Shown piece by piece: positions 1 through 12,120 of a stretch of DNA of 64,000 nucleotides (its first letter is position 1; each line of letters opens with the position of its first letter). Source of the stretch: Paraphysomonas bandaiensis (lineage: Eukaryota; Protista; Chrysophyceae). Below the pieces are notes generated by a model that saw nothing but the letters and a program-made list of their open reading frames with translations, did no database searches and was not told the origin of the DNA. The position numbers were made by a program, and so were the translations under genes. The stretch is taken from NCBI GenBank assembly GCA_965644295.1, contig CBFFRP010000309.1:62001-126000 (forward strand), given 5' to 3'.

Positions 1-1951
1 TACATACATAGTACATACATGCGGGGTCCCTACGGCTGTAGGCATATGATATACTTGTTATCTGCTGTATCTTATGAGTTATGTGGAGGAGGAATAGTAC
101 GATGATCGGATGCATTGATTATGTTGAGGAGGGGTTAGTTATACCTTATGAAGATTGATTGAGTGCTGATATGATACGCATGCTTTCAGTCATATACGAT
201 TGTAACTATGAGTCGTTGAGTGTTATGCATGTCACCCTTATGCTCCTCTAGTATGATATTCAGCATTATTCACTCAACATGATGTTAACTTTATCTACAT
301 TGGATGTGAAACTGCCCTAAGCCGTTATTCAGTTGTCATATTTCACGTCGCTGTTGTGTATTGCAGTCGTTCGACGACAGTGATTTCCACCTCAGTACAA
401 AGAGACTTGCCTGAGAATGATACCTGCTTTCACTCTTCTTATGTGTAGATGTATTACTCTTGTATACCTTGCATCTGTCTGCTAGGTATGTGATTTTAGC
501 ATATATTGGAGGAGGTGAAGTTTGCACTCGCTGTAATACTACATCGCTATTAATCCTCTCGTAAACCATACTGTTTCAGTTTCGACATTAGCATATCCAT
601 TTGACTATTTTGCATTTAAGAGTGGTTAGACCATATTTGATATAACAATATTAATTCAGAATATCATATATAATAATTTCAGAGCAACCGTATTTGCATA
701 ATTCATACCAACTAGTACTTAGTAATCAGTAACTACTCCTGTCTAAATAGCAGAGACCACATCAGTGATATCACACTGTTTCTGTTTACTTGTTGTACCT
801 TAATCCTTAATGAATGAACAAGCCACCCATTATTTACAGTTATAGAAACAATATTATCACGAATTTAAAGCTATGGCTACGTTAATTCAGTCTGAAGAGG
901 ACACAATCATAGTATTAAACAACTCCTATTAAATTATAATTAGATTTTAAACACGGGCAATAAGGGGGCTATATCACCCCGCGCTCAATTTTGAAACGAG
1001 GACGAACACCCCGAGTATTTAAATTTAGACATGGGACGATACTCCTTATCCCTAGGTTAAATTGTAGCCTATCCTCATAATATTAGATTGTATAGCTATT
1101 AGTAGCTTGCTTGCTGTAAGAAGATTATGTGTTCCCAGATTAACAATAAGAAAACAAATGAGAAGTCATATTGTTTCAAATCAATGGTATGTATACTGTG
1201 TATGCTCAAGGAATAGCAACTGCACTATAGACACCAAATTTCTATTATAGCTACAACAAATGCACTCCGACCACAGTAGAGCAGTAGAGTACTGAGGGAA
1301 TAGCAACTGCGAAATGTTGAAATTCGTACATTAGTGTGATGATGAATGTGAACAATTGTAGTCGCACGAAAGGCTTCTTATTTCCTTAATTAGCATCATC
1401 ATCACATTTAAATACTATACGCTTTAACCTCTACTAGTACAACTGATTTAATGATGTGTATGCTATAAAGCACACAATATCCTGATAAGCATGATGTGAC
1501 CCAAATCCTAAAAGGAATGGATGCCATAATGCCATTGCCCTTAACAACCTATGCAGCATCAGATATGGCACTATAATATTCTTGAACTAGTTTCGAAGTC
1601 CTGGCTATGAAGGCACATCGCTTGCATTGACAACATTATGATCTTCTGGAGCAGAAGAATGATGGAATATAACTGGGAGTGTTTGATGATCAGCTTTGAA
1701 TAGTTGGCTTATGATTGTGGTTTCTCTCTGATAGTGTAGTATAATAAAAGCACATACACATGACAGTCTATATCGTAATTAAGATAGAAGTGAGTTTCAG
1801 GTGAACCGAATATTGAATTCGTATTTGCCCGGTGCTGATATGAGCGCCATGTTGATCCCAAATCAGGTCGAAAAAAGCTTTTCTGAGACAAAATGGGGAT
1901 AATTACTTTAAACTAATACAACTTTTCTTAATGAACAATACTTCAGCTTAT

Positions 1952-2944
1952 TCATTTATTAAAATATAGAATATTCTTTCCGCATGAAGCACCGGACATC
2001 TGGTAAGAAAGCAGCTCTCTTACACCAGCTTCAGTGAAAGGGAATCGCTTGTCAATATTGACATTAAGTGTTCCATTGGCCACCATGGAGGCCAGTTCAT
2101 TCTGGTGAGATGTATCATTTCGTAGACAGTAAAACGCAGCAAAAGACAAAGGGGGATGACCATTAGGGTCAAATCCAGCATCAAAAGCGCTTATGGAAAC
2201 AAAACTTCCCGTGGCCTTCACCACATTATTGTCCTTGGTCTTTGAGAATCCCTCGTTTTCTCCAACAGTGTCAATTACCGCATCTAGTTCCCTGAGCTCT
2301 GTATCGTTCTCCCAATTCGCCTCTCTATAGTTCACCACCTTATCAGGGCCGAATTGTGAAACATAGTCAAGCGTTCGGGAGCTACATGTTGTAGCCACCC
2401 AGGCACCTCGGGACTTTGCGAGCTGAATTGCGAGAGAACCGACAGCCGTAGATCCTCCAAGGATGAGCACCCGAGATCCACTTGCGACTTTAGCACAGTC
2501 GAAGAGGATTTGATAAGCCGTTGTACCCACTAGTGCGACAGCAGCAGCTTGATCAAACGATATAGCACTGGGTTTCTTGCTAAGCTTGGACACAGGGACC
2601 AGTATATACTCCGCAAAGGCACCGCCGACTGGATGACCTGTCTCGTCGTGTTTATGCTGGCCCCAATTAACACCAAAGACCTCATCTCCAACAGAGAAAG
2701 CTGAATCACTCGCGTCAACTGAATCTACAACTCCTGCAAAGTCATAACCCATCGTGAATGGAAAATCCATGCTCCATCCTGCCCCCTTCAAATGCCCTCC
2801 AAGGACCTTAAGGTCTATAGGATTGGCTGCTGCAGCCACTACTTTGACTACAGCGAAACCAGGAGATGCACTAGGCTTATCGACAGATACCACCTTAACC
2901 ACATCCACACTATCCGAGTTTTCGTTGTACTGAGCTGCTTGCAT
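1952..2944 (-). CDS. NADPH:quinone oxidoreductase-like protein, medium-chain dehydrogenase/reductase (MDR, zeta-crystallin/RTN4IP1-like)
   Basis: Single-exon 330-aa ORF. GroES-like motifs AANPIDLK and GYDFAGVV, Rossmann-like [20 protein letters not shown]-terminal GKNIL; no Zn-binding Cys cluster. Confidence 0.88.
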   Translation of the reverse strand: MQAAQYNENSDSVDVVKVVSVDKPSASPGFAVVKVVAAAANPIDLKVLGGHLKGAGWSMDFPFTMGYDFAGVVDSVDASDSAFSVGDEVFGVNWGQHKHDETGHPVGGAFAEYILVPVSKLSKKPSAISFDQAAAVALVGTTAYQILFDCAKVASGSRVLILGGSTAVGSLAIQLAKSRGAWVATTCSSRTLDYVSQFGPDKVVNYREANWENDTELRELDAVIDTVGENEGFSKTKDNNVVKATGSFVSISAFDAGFDPNGHPPLSFAAFYCLRNDTSHQNELASMVANGTLNVNIDKRFPFTEAGVRELLSYQMSGASCGKNILYFNK

Positions 2945-2953
2945 GATATGAAT

Positions 2954-2993
2954 CGTTGTTGTTGTTGTTGTTGTTGTTGTTTGTTTGTTGTTG
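2954..2993. repeat. (GTT)n microsatellite just upstream of the MDR start codon
   Basis: gttgttgttgtt... run, read as (CAA)n on the transcribed strand. Confidence 0.9.
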
Positions 2994-3588
2994 ATTGTGT
3001 GATATCATCGTATTCATATGCAAGAGTTGGTGTTAGGAATGCATTTTAGGGGAACTTTCCCAGTAGAGTAAATGGAACTCTAAAACCCTAATCAGAACTT
3101 CAAGACTCTGAAGTCTATAGAGAAGTCTGAAGTTTGTGGCCAATAAAACTCGATGCAAATATAGATACAGAGATACGTACGTAGACACAGACATATACGT
3201 TCACACGTTCCCCTATTCATCGTACATACAAATATAGGAATTCCCACAACACACAAAAGTGTACGTTTTATCTATAAAATGTGTTTTTTTGTGTTTGTTG
3301 CAGTTGTGGAAGTCAACCACGTATCTAGGAATTCCTACAACAGTGTGTTGGATTTCTAGATGAAAATTGGGTTACTTTTTCAGTTCGAAAACTCCCCGAT
3401 ATCTATCCCCTCAAGATACTACTCCTACATATATCTACACTCATATAGCACTCAGTGTGGAAGTGTAACACGCGGCATTTTTCTAGATCTCATACAGATT
3501 TTTTCTGTGTGTTAATATTTCATATATATATACCATCAATCTTACTTAGATACAAACACATTAACAAGTCGATACAAACATTTGCAGT

Positions 3589-4833
3589 ATGATCTATCAC
3601 TACCTTACTGCCGCACTATCATTTGCAGCATGTACTTCTGCAAAGATGTACTTTAAGGAAGATTTCAATGATGAGAACTGGAGATCTCGATGGACTGTTC
3701 CAACACAGTGGAAATCTGAGGTATAATCATCTATTGAGGGTTAGTTTATAGGATATCTAACTGGTTATTTGTAGAGTGAGATGGGAGAGTGGAAGTGGAC
3801 TGCAGGGGAATGGTATGGTGATGCGGATGATAAGGGCATACAGACATCAGAGGACGCTCGATTCTACGGCATATCCGCTAAATTAGATGAGCCATTCACT
3901 AATAGTGACAGGGATCTCGTTCTGCAAATGTCTGTCAAACATGAGCAAAAGCTTGACTGTGGAGGTGCTTATATCAAGCTTCTGGGTGATATGGACCAAT
4001 CCTCCTTTGGTGGCGATACCCCCTATCAAGTAATGTTTGGACCCGATGTATGTGGACCTAGCAATAGGAAAACCCATGTAATCTTCAACTACCCTCCAAA
4101 GGACGACAATCTCCTTATTAAGGAGCAGGTCAAATGTGAGACTGATCAGAAGAGTCACTTGTACACTCTCGTCGTCAAACCTGACCACACTTTTGAGGTC
4201 TTAATTGACATGAAATCAGTCCGTCAGGGCACTCTCGAAGACAACTGGGACTTCCTGGAACCCAAGGAGATCAAGGATCCTAGCGTGTCAAAGCCAGCGG
4301 ACTGGGTTGATGCTAAGAAAATCCCCGACCCTGAGGATGTCAAGCCTGAGGGATACGATGATATTCCTGCTGAGATCCCTGACCCAGATGCGGAAATGCC
4401 AGAGGACTGGGACGAGGAGGAGGATGGTGCTTGGGAAGCTCCCATGATTGATAACCCTGAGTACAAGGGCCCTTGGAAGCCTAGGATGATTGATAACCCG
4501 GAGTACAAGGGTGAGTGGAAGCACCCCATGATTCCCAACCCTGATTACGTTGAGGACCCTGATCTGCACGTGAGATGCAAGGACTGCACCCATATTGGTT
4601 TTGAGCTCTGGCAAGTCACAGCTGGTACTCTTTTTGACGACATCATCCTGACGGACTCATTAGAGGAGGCGAAGGAATATGCTGATGCCACTTTCTTCAA
4701 GAAGATTGACGGTGAGAAGGAAATGTTCGACGAGATTGAGCAGAAGAAGAAGGAAGAAGCTGCGAAAATCGCAGAGGAAAATAAAGCTGTAGAAGATGAT
4801 GAGTACGATGACGAGGACCACGATGAGCTTTAA
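3589..4833 (+). CDS. CALR: Calreticulin (exons 3589-3720 and 3775-4833)
   Basis: Signal peptide MIYHYLTAALSFAACTSA then YFKEDF; GT-AG intron 3721-3774 keeps frame; KHEQKLDCGGAYIKL, MFGPDVCG, P-domain repeats, acidic tail ending HDEL. Confidence 0.97.
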
Positions 4834-5385
4834 ATTGATTGTGTTTGTGGACTTGTTAATCAAATAGTTCCGTGAACAAGGTCGGATCTGTGTAGAAGTT
4901 AGATTCGTTTCAGTGACGTATTGTTCATCATGTGTTTGGAAGAGTTTTAAATAATATTTGGTATTATATTTCTTTTCTGGTGGCATTATAATTACAAAAG
5001 TTGTAATCGTGCAAGAAGATGTAATACCTGTATTACATAAGTTCAAGTGAACAGACTCAGCTATGTCAAGTGCCAGTGACGCGGAGTAAAATGATATAGA
5101 AAATATTACAGAAAGAATCTAAGCTAGAGTTAATGCCAGTGCTTTGTCGAATTAAAAAGTCGCAGTTCTGATGGTGAATACACACGTCTGAGTACAATAA
5201 CTTACTGTGCACTTAAATGCATTATTATTACACAGACCATGAAAAACAATACGTATATATGATGAGCCTTGTTTGAGCGAATTTCCAATACACTGAATGC
5301 GCGCAGACAGCTCTACATACCAGACGTACATAATATGAAACAAGCAGATATATACATACGGATGTACCCTCTCAAAAAGCTATAG

Positions 5386-6418
5386 TTACGCCTCAGACGG
5401 CTTCGAGGCAATGCGTTTATAATCCCATTGGGCTCGTCTCTTCAGAAACTTTCCCTCGTGATATTCCATTATAGTCTTTCGTATTTCAGAATCAGTAGTC
5501 ATGACGAAGGGACCGTGCCATGCGATCGGCTGGTTAAGCATTTTTCCTGCGAAAATCAAAAAAGAGACTCCTTTTGGACCAGCTGTTACAGTGAAATCGC
5601 GGGAAGGAACTGTTGGAGATGCATTCAATCGCACGCACGAATGGGTAGGTAAACTCTGGTCTGCTGTACGCGCATCTCCGCGGTAAATGTACACGAGACA
5701 ATTGTCGAGTTCGGGTGGAACAGAATGAGTAACAGTGCTTCCAGCAGAAAGGTTATAGTCAACCATCTGTACATCCTGCACAGTCATAAATGGTCCTCGG
5801 CGGCCATTCATACTACCAGCTAAAAGGCGGCATGTTGCTCCATCACTACATGTTATCGCAGGGATACTCTCTGGTGGTTCTGTACCGTAGCGGGGGTCAT
5901 CCATTTTTTTTTCAGATGGAACATTCACCCATATCTGAAACCCAGCCATATCTTCACCCGCCGGAGTACCTCCACCCTCTGCATGCTCAATACCACTGCC
6001 CTAAACAAAAATAAAATTATGACACAAGGGACTACAAAAGATGATACATACCACGCTGATCCACTGCATTCCAGGTGATGCAAACTCTTCACGATTTCCA
6101 AGTGAGTCAGCATGTCTACCTACTCCTTGTGTTATGTAAGTTAATATATCCATTCCTCTATGCGGATGCCAGCCTATTAATACGCACATTAATACTCGAT
6201 ATTTCAAAGTGTTTCTCATCTATACCAATAGGGAAGTTATCTGGATCAGTTTCTTTACCAGTGGATGTAGTTGGTCCAAAGTAATCACACATAAGGAATG
6301 GATCAGCTTCTTTAGCACTAAATGCAGATGGAAAGGGCTGCATAACAGAGAATTTCGGGTCCCCTGTTGGATGGGCTACTTCAGCTTTACGTACTGCTAG
6401 AATTGGTATTTGAGACAT
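5386..6418 (-). CDS. Pirin family bicupin (exons 6418-6226, 6173-6052, 6000-5386)
   Basis: DPFLMCDYFGP, GWHPHRGMD, GMQWISVGSGIEHAE, GFQIWVNVP, QPIAWHGPFVM; two GT-AG introns join the pieces in frame. Confidence 0.95.
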
Positions 6419-6618
6419 TATTGAAAGGTAGGATTGCTATTAAGTTATGCTTAGCTGTCTGTCAGTGAGAGTTCTTGTAATTATGATATACCTAACTATG
6501 TGCATATACTAAAATATGTGATGAAGCACTGGTTCGAAAGAAGAGTCTAAGAATGTTATGGGGGTCTAGAGCTGCGTAAGGAAAAGATACATACTCGTAT
6601 ACATCGTCACTGGAATTC

Positions 6619-6961
6619 TATGTATGTATGTATGTATGTATGTATGTATGTATGTATGTATGTATGTATGTATGTATGTATGTATGTATGTATGTATGTA
6701 TGTATGTATGTATGTATGTATGTATGTATGTATGTATGTATGTATGTATGTATGTATGTATGTATGTATGTATGTATGTATGTATGTATGTATGTATGTA
6801 TGTATGTATGTAGGTATGTATGTATGTATGTATGTATGTAGGTATGTATGTATGTATGTATGTATGTATGTATGTAGGTATGTATGTATGTATGTATGTA
6901 TGTATGTATGTATGTATGTATGTATGTATGTATGTATGTATGTATGTATGTATGTATGTAT
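6619..6961. repeat. (TATG)n microsatellite, ~340 bp, with occasional TAGG units
   Basis: Seen directly; the HTYI/MYVC ORFs are its translation. Confidence 0.98.
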
Positions 6962-6964
6962 CTG

Positions 6965-7134
6965 GGGGTGGTTGTGCATATCGATTTCATCGATTTGTTC
7001 ATCATTTATTTCATCGAAAAATCATCGTTTTTTCAGTGAAAAGTGAAAAAAGTGACTTTTTAATGAAAAAACGATGATTTTTCGATGAAATAAATGATGA
7101 ACAAATCGATGAAATCGATATGCACAACCACCCC
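6965..7134. mobile_element. Palindromic MITE, PIF/Harbinger-like
   Basis: Perfect inverted arms (6964-7035 / 7064-7135) with a 28-bp spacer; G-rich termini GGGGTGG...CCACCCC; CTG on both flanks as a candidate 3-bp TSD. Confidence 0.75.
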
Positions 7135-7217
7135 CTGTAGTGTCCGTTCTGCATGTGGTGTTGGTCATGTGGTCTCGATTCATTCTATTATTTCGGTTAA
7201 TCTCACTCACATCAACT

Positions 7218-8583
7218 ATGGAGATGAAGATTTCCGTCGGTATTGATATAGGTGGATCTCATATCGGTATGGGCTTATATCGTATGGGCGAGAACACATC
7301 TATAGGCGTACACAATGAACCCCTCTCTCCTCTTATATCTGCAGATGATTTAGTTAACCGACTAGTCACTATCATCCATCAATTACAATCAAAGTGTTCA
7401 TTTAAATCAGATATCGTGGCGATTGGCATTGGATGTCCTGGACAAGCAAAGAATGGTGTGTTGGTTGCTGCTAGTAACTTTCCAGGATGGAAAAATGTTC
7501 CATTAGTTGATATGCTGAGTCGAAGAATGGGAAATGTCACCACCGTACTTGTCAATGATGCTGATGCGGCAGTAGCAGCTGAGGTCTGGGGACATGGTGT
7601 TTATAGGAACGTTCGAAATGTAGCAATGATTAGTATGTATCCGTAGCTTATGGTAACCTCGCACCTAATGTTTTATGCAGCGCTCGGCACCGGAATTGGA
7701 CTTGGACTTATACTGGATGGAAAGCTACACTCCGGAGCAAATGGCTTGGTTGAAGGAGGACACATGGTTAGTTACTCTACTTGTTTCATTTAGATTATTG
7801 ATTAAACGAATACTCGGATGTACAGATTGCGGATCCTCACTCTCAGGTGCCCTGTGGGTGCGGACAGAAAGGTTGTATCGAGGTCCTAGCTTCTGCAAGG
7901 AGTACTGCTTTACTTATGCAAAATGCTTGCGTTGGTCGTGCATCTTCGTTTGACGCAGAATGCGAAGGAGCTGAAGGGGTTTTTCGTCGAGCTTCTGAAG
8001 GTGACGAAACGGCTAAAGAAGTAATCGCTCAGGTGAGACACATTCGCAGCTACGTAAGATATTTGTGTGCATCTATACATCATTCACCGTATTGTGTGCT
8101 ATGTGTGACATACTTTTTTTATGTACGAATTAGGTGGCAGACGCTCTGGCAGTGTTTTGCATATCTCTCTGCAGGATTGTCGACCCTGAGGTGATAATAT
8201 TCGGTGGCGGTATGTCTCATGCCAAAGAGCAATTGCTTCGCCCTGTGAGTGAAGCCTTGGCTCGTCGCACTTGGTCCGTATTGCCTACAGATGTGCGGCT
8301 TGTAATTTCACAGTCCGCTGAATGCAATGGAGTACTAGGAGCTGCGCTATGTGCGCAGCACCAATACTCAGAATTGCGCAAACCTGAAACTACAAAGATT
8401 GCTTCTCCAAGAGCGACGAAAGGGTTGATTTTTGGAGCAATGGCGACTGGGCTCGCTATATATGCCTTAGCAAGCTGCACAACGTGCCACACCCCAGGAC
8501 ATACGACAACGATGAAGTGCATTGTGGGGGCTAATATGTTCCTTGCCGGTGTACAAGTGTTTGGGTTATTGCATCATAAGTAA
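7218..8583 (+). CDS. ROK-family sugar kinase (glucokinase-like) with C-terminal hydrophobic segments (exons 7218-7632, 7681-7766, 7826-8032, 8134-8583)
   Basis: GIDIGGS, GIGCPG, NDADAA, spliced ITLGTGIG, EGGHM, Zn motif CGCGQKGCIE, DPEVIIFGGG, GVLGAA; three GT-AG introns. Confidence 0.92.
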
Positions 8584-9177
8584 TGTACTTTTGTGCAAGG
8601 TGTAGAAGTCAGACATGCGTCAGTAGAGCAGCTGGTTATATCGGGTTAGCACTTCATATATATCTACTTCATTTTTTTTGTCTTCTCTGTTGTTGTGCTT
8701 CAAAGTGCTCTTGTTGACTGTGCCTATATTATGTTGTGAACTGAAGAATTATAAATCGTGTATTTCGTTTAGGTTTTATCTAAAATAATAAAACACTAGT
8801 TCATGCGACGTACAGTAACTACATATACCCCATGATCTTTATTTACCTTTTATCAGCTGTACTTATACTTATAATATTTATACAGTGTTTTGTGCGACAA
8901 TTATTTATGGTTTTACAGTCTCAGTACAATAGGTTCAGTTACACTCAAGCATCTCAAGAATATATATAATCTAGTTACACTAATCGAAGAAACAGTAACA
9001 AAGAAAATTTATCCGTGGCTTCCGGAGGCTGGAGGGTATGTAGATACATTTCCAGTATACCATCAGCGCTAGTGAACATCGACTTCAAATCTTGATCAAT
9101 TAATTATACCGGATATTTGTGTTCCTGATTGCATGTTTAAATGTTTAAAGTTTAAACCAGACATATTCGTTAGATCC

Positions 9178-9730
9178 CTCAACAAAGTCGGACTCGCACC
9201 TTTTCGTGGTGTTCTGGGGGATAACTACCGGAGATATTTTTCCAGGAAAATAGCGTGAGACGCATATATAGTCCGCAGATATTGTTCTGCCCACTCATGG
9301 CCAAATGCTTGTGTGGTGTGTGGTACATGGTACACTAATCAGTGTCTCTTGTGTGGATGTGTTTGGGCCTTGACGAATAAACAGGCATCCGGGAATGGGC
9401 CCGCCTCAAGGGTATCCGGGGTATTGGGCTGCCTGCTGAAGTAATATTGAAAGTCTTATTATTTAGCAATAGGCGTTAAAAATCTGCACCAATGTATGCT
9501 GAAGTAAAGCATCCGGGAATGGGCCCACCTCAAGAGCATCCGGGCTAGTTCACCTTAAGGACAGAGAGCGCAAGTGGTTGCACCTTAATGCTTGCGGAGC
9601 GCACAAGCAGCATTCGTAGCGCTTATTTGTAGTATATCAGAGTTAGCTAAGTACTAGTCAGTTACATTGCTTATATCTCACTCTTATATGCCTATTACTG
9701 CTATTGCTAATAAGCAGACATTCACTAGCA
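9178..9730 (+). repeat. Dispersed repeat family, copy A (related to 28033-28480)
   Basis: Collinear shared blocks: ctcaacaaagtcggRctcgcac, cgtggtgttctgg, cccactcat, aaagcatccgggct, gttgcacctt, ctattgctaataa...gacattcacta. Internal duplicate gcatccgggaatgggcccRcctcaag. Confidence 0.8.
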
Positions 9731-10153
9731 TTCGTTAGACAATAAGCAGACATACAAAAAAAAAGAGTTTATTTACATGCCTAATTCAATGTTATACAGT
9801 TAGTAATCACGTACTAATTTCAAGCAACTTAATACTCGTTGTCATGGCAGTGTGCATAGTGCATATTGTGCTGCACATGAAGTTTAAGTAATATTGCTCG
9901 CGTTGCACCTTAACGGCGATTTTAGAATTGTGGAAGCTTTGATTCTCAAATGAAAGCTTAGCTTCAGCGATGAGTGAAATTCCAACAGGAAATGAAGAAT
10001 TTCTGATAAACTCAAAAGTCTTGGTAAGCTACGATTTAATTTCACATACATATATCTTACATCTTTACTGGAACTATAACTTTTCCTTTTCATATGATAG
10101 ATAAAAAGCATAATATATATACAAATTCAAATAGGGTAAAATATATTTCTAAT

Positions 10154-11452
10154 CTATTTCGGGTGCCACTGTATTTTCCGATGTTTCGAAAGGCAAGATG
10201 AATCGCAATAAACAAACGAAAACTTCTCATAGTGATTGCCAGGTTTAAATAGGTTGCCACACATGTAACACTCTAACTTCTCTTCCTCGACAGGAGCTGG
10301 CTCTTGGTCAATATACCAGGAAAGTACGGAATTCCCATTACTTATTGTCATCTTTTCGATATTTTCAGGCGACACTTGGCTATCTCGTAACCGTTGAACG
10401 ACTGACCGCTGAATGTGTGCATACCCTGGTCCGCCGTACTGGACAAGGTGAATTTTGTATCTTACGTGCGGAGAGAGTAGGATACGATGTGCAAATCCAC
10501 GCTCAAGTAGAGTATTGAGTGCACAAATAATTTCCTCATCATTAGGATACATAGGGCCAGAAGGAGGTACCTCCACCGCCCCGAAGCCATCTACACATAA
10601 TGTGAACTCAGGATTGGCTCTCAGGAGCGAAGAGTAATACTCTAATGTGGAATAGGAAAGGACAGTACGACAGAATATGACCCGCGACAAATCTGCACCG
10701 GACGACCGAAGTGACTGTATTACGTCTTGATGAATGGTAGCAAATACAGGCATCTCTATGATAATTGGGGGGCGATAAAAATGGTCGGAAAGACGTGTAT
10801 GAACTTTGCCTGCGATATCCAGTGCAGATTTGTCCTCATCTGTTAGAGTGGCCGGTGAATTCATCGGAACTGCAATTGCACTAGCTTTGTGTACTGATTT
10901 ACTTCCATTGTTCACGATTTCTACACCATATAAGAGTTCCAACAAAATATCGTTGACTACACTCCATCTATCTCGGGATTTGAAATCATCAAACACGTGA
11001 GGACCTGTGGAGAAAGCAACTCGAGAAGATGAAAGCAATTGAGATATATAACATAGTTTTAAAACATCACGACGCTCGCGAGTTGTTAAATCAAGTACAT
11101 AACTGTTATCTGTCATATTTAATTCATGCAGACAGATATCAGCAGAATCCAATCGACAGTTTGCTGATGATGAGTGAGGATTCTCTTTAATCATCCAGAG
11201 GGTTGATAAATTCATATCATTATTCGAACATGAATACAGATGATTAAAATCACAAAGTAATCTGCGTATAATTCATGAATACAATACAAGATACATGTAT
11301 GTGTGTATATACATGTATGTGTGTGTATACATGTATGTGTGTGTATGTATGTGTGTATAATTATATATAAGATACCTTGAAAGTATTGGGTGGGTATCCT
11401 CTCTCACCGTACAGCCGTTTATATCTCTTAATTGTGGTATATTTTCTGCCAT
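10154..11452 (-). CDS. Phosphotriesterase-related (amidohydrolase fold) protein, probably non-catalytic, with C-terminal Zn treble-clef (exons 11452-11376, 11261-10154)
   Basis: PTER-like WMIKENPHS..NCRLD, STG, GADLSRVI, RILLS, YGGPGYAHI, MTISN; C-terminal CYMC-x17-YCDSSCLSKH; GT-AG intron 11375-11262 keeps frame. Confidence 0.75.
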
Positions 11453-12120
11453 GAGAATAGATGATTGTGTGTGTATGTATATGTATATATATATATGTGT
11501 GTTACATTCATGCAGCGATTTAAAGGGACAAGCCATACATACATACATACATAGCAGACATCTACAGCACTCTCTGTGTGTTGTGTAAGAGAGTATGCGA
11601 TTTTATGGGGTTTTTGATAAAATATCATATTTTTGAAAACACAATACCAAATACCAGGAATATCTAGAATTGAAGTTACCTACTAGTTCCATACTTCGGC
11701 AGTCCACCTCAATACACACGGATAATAACATACGTAAACGGGAGTCATAACATCCCGTATACCTTGAACCATAATACAGTCCTGAATACATATGGAATAC
11801 AGTAATACTATACTCTTGGCCGGTCCGTTGCACACGTATAGATACTGCGTCGCTAGTATATGCATACATACATACATATCCATGCAAACTCCCTCTATTT
11901 AAACATTCCAAAGCCCTCTGCTGCAATACAACATCCTTTTACCTAATGAAATTGCCATAAATAGTAACATTGTGGTGATAAGAACCTTTTGGTGTCTCCA
12001 CATATCCTGTTTTTTGATATTTAATTATGTGTATGCAGTCATGTTTTATTATTTTTTGTGGAATTATTTTACTATGTGGACACCAAACAGTTCGAGCCGA
12101 GGTATTCATTACACTGTAAT

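Noticed and set aside
952-1056. Possible degenerate inverted-repeat element
   Set aside because: Arms match too poorly to call, and no TSD.
1-1900. Short ORFs (336-569, 1709-1891) and a 14-bp direct repeat ggaatagcaactgc
   Set aside because: No recognisable motifs or splice-consistent gene model; possibly decayed TE sequence.
6566-7077. HTYI/MYVC repeat ORFs (also 47705-48256)
   Set aside because: Translations of the (TATG)n microsatellite.
1952-11452. MDR, pirin, ROK and PTE-like genes as a horizontally acquired metabolic cluster or bacterial contamination
   Set aside because: Spliceosomal introns, mixed orientations, calreticulin interspersed and no coherent pathway.
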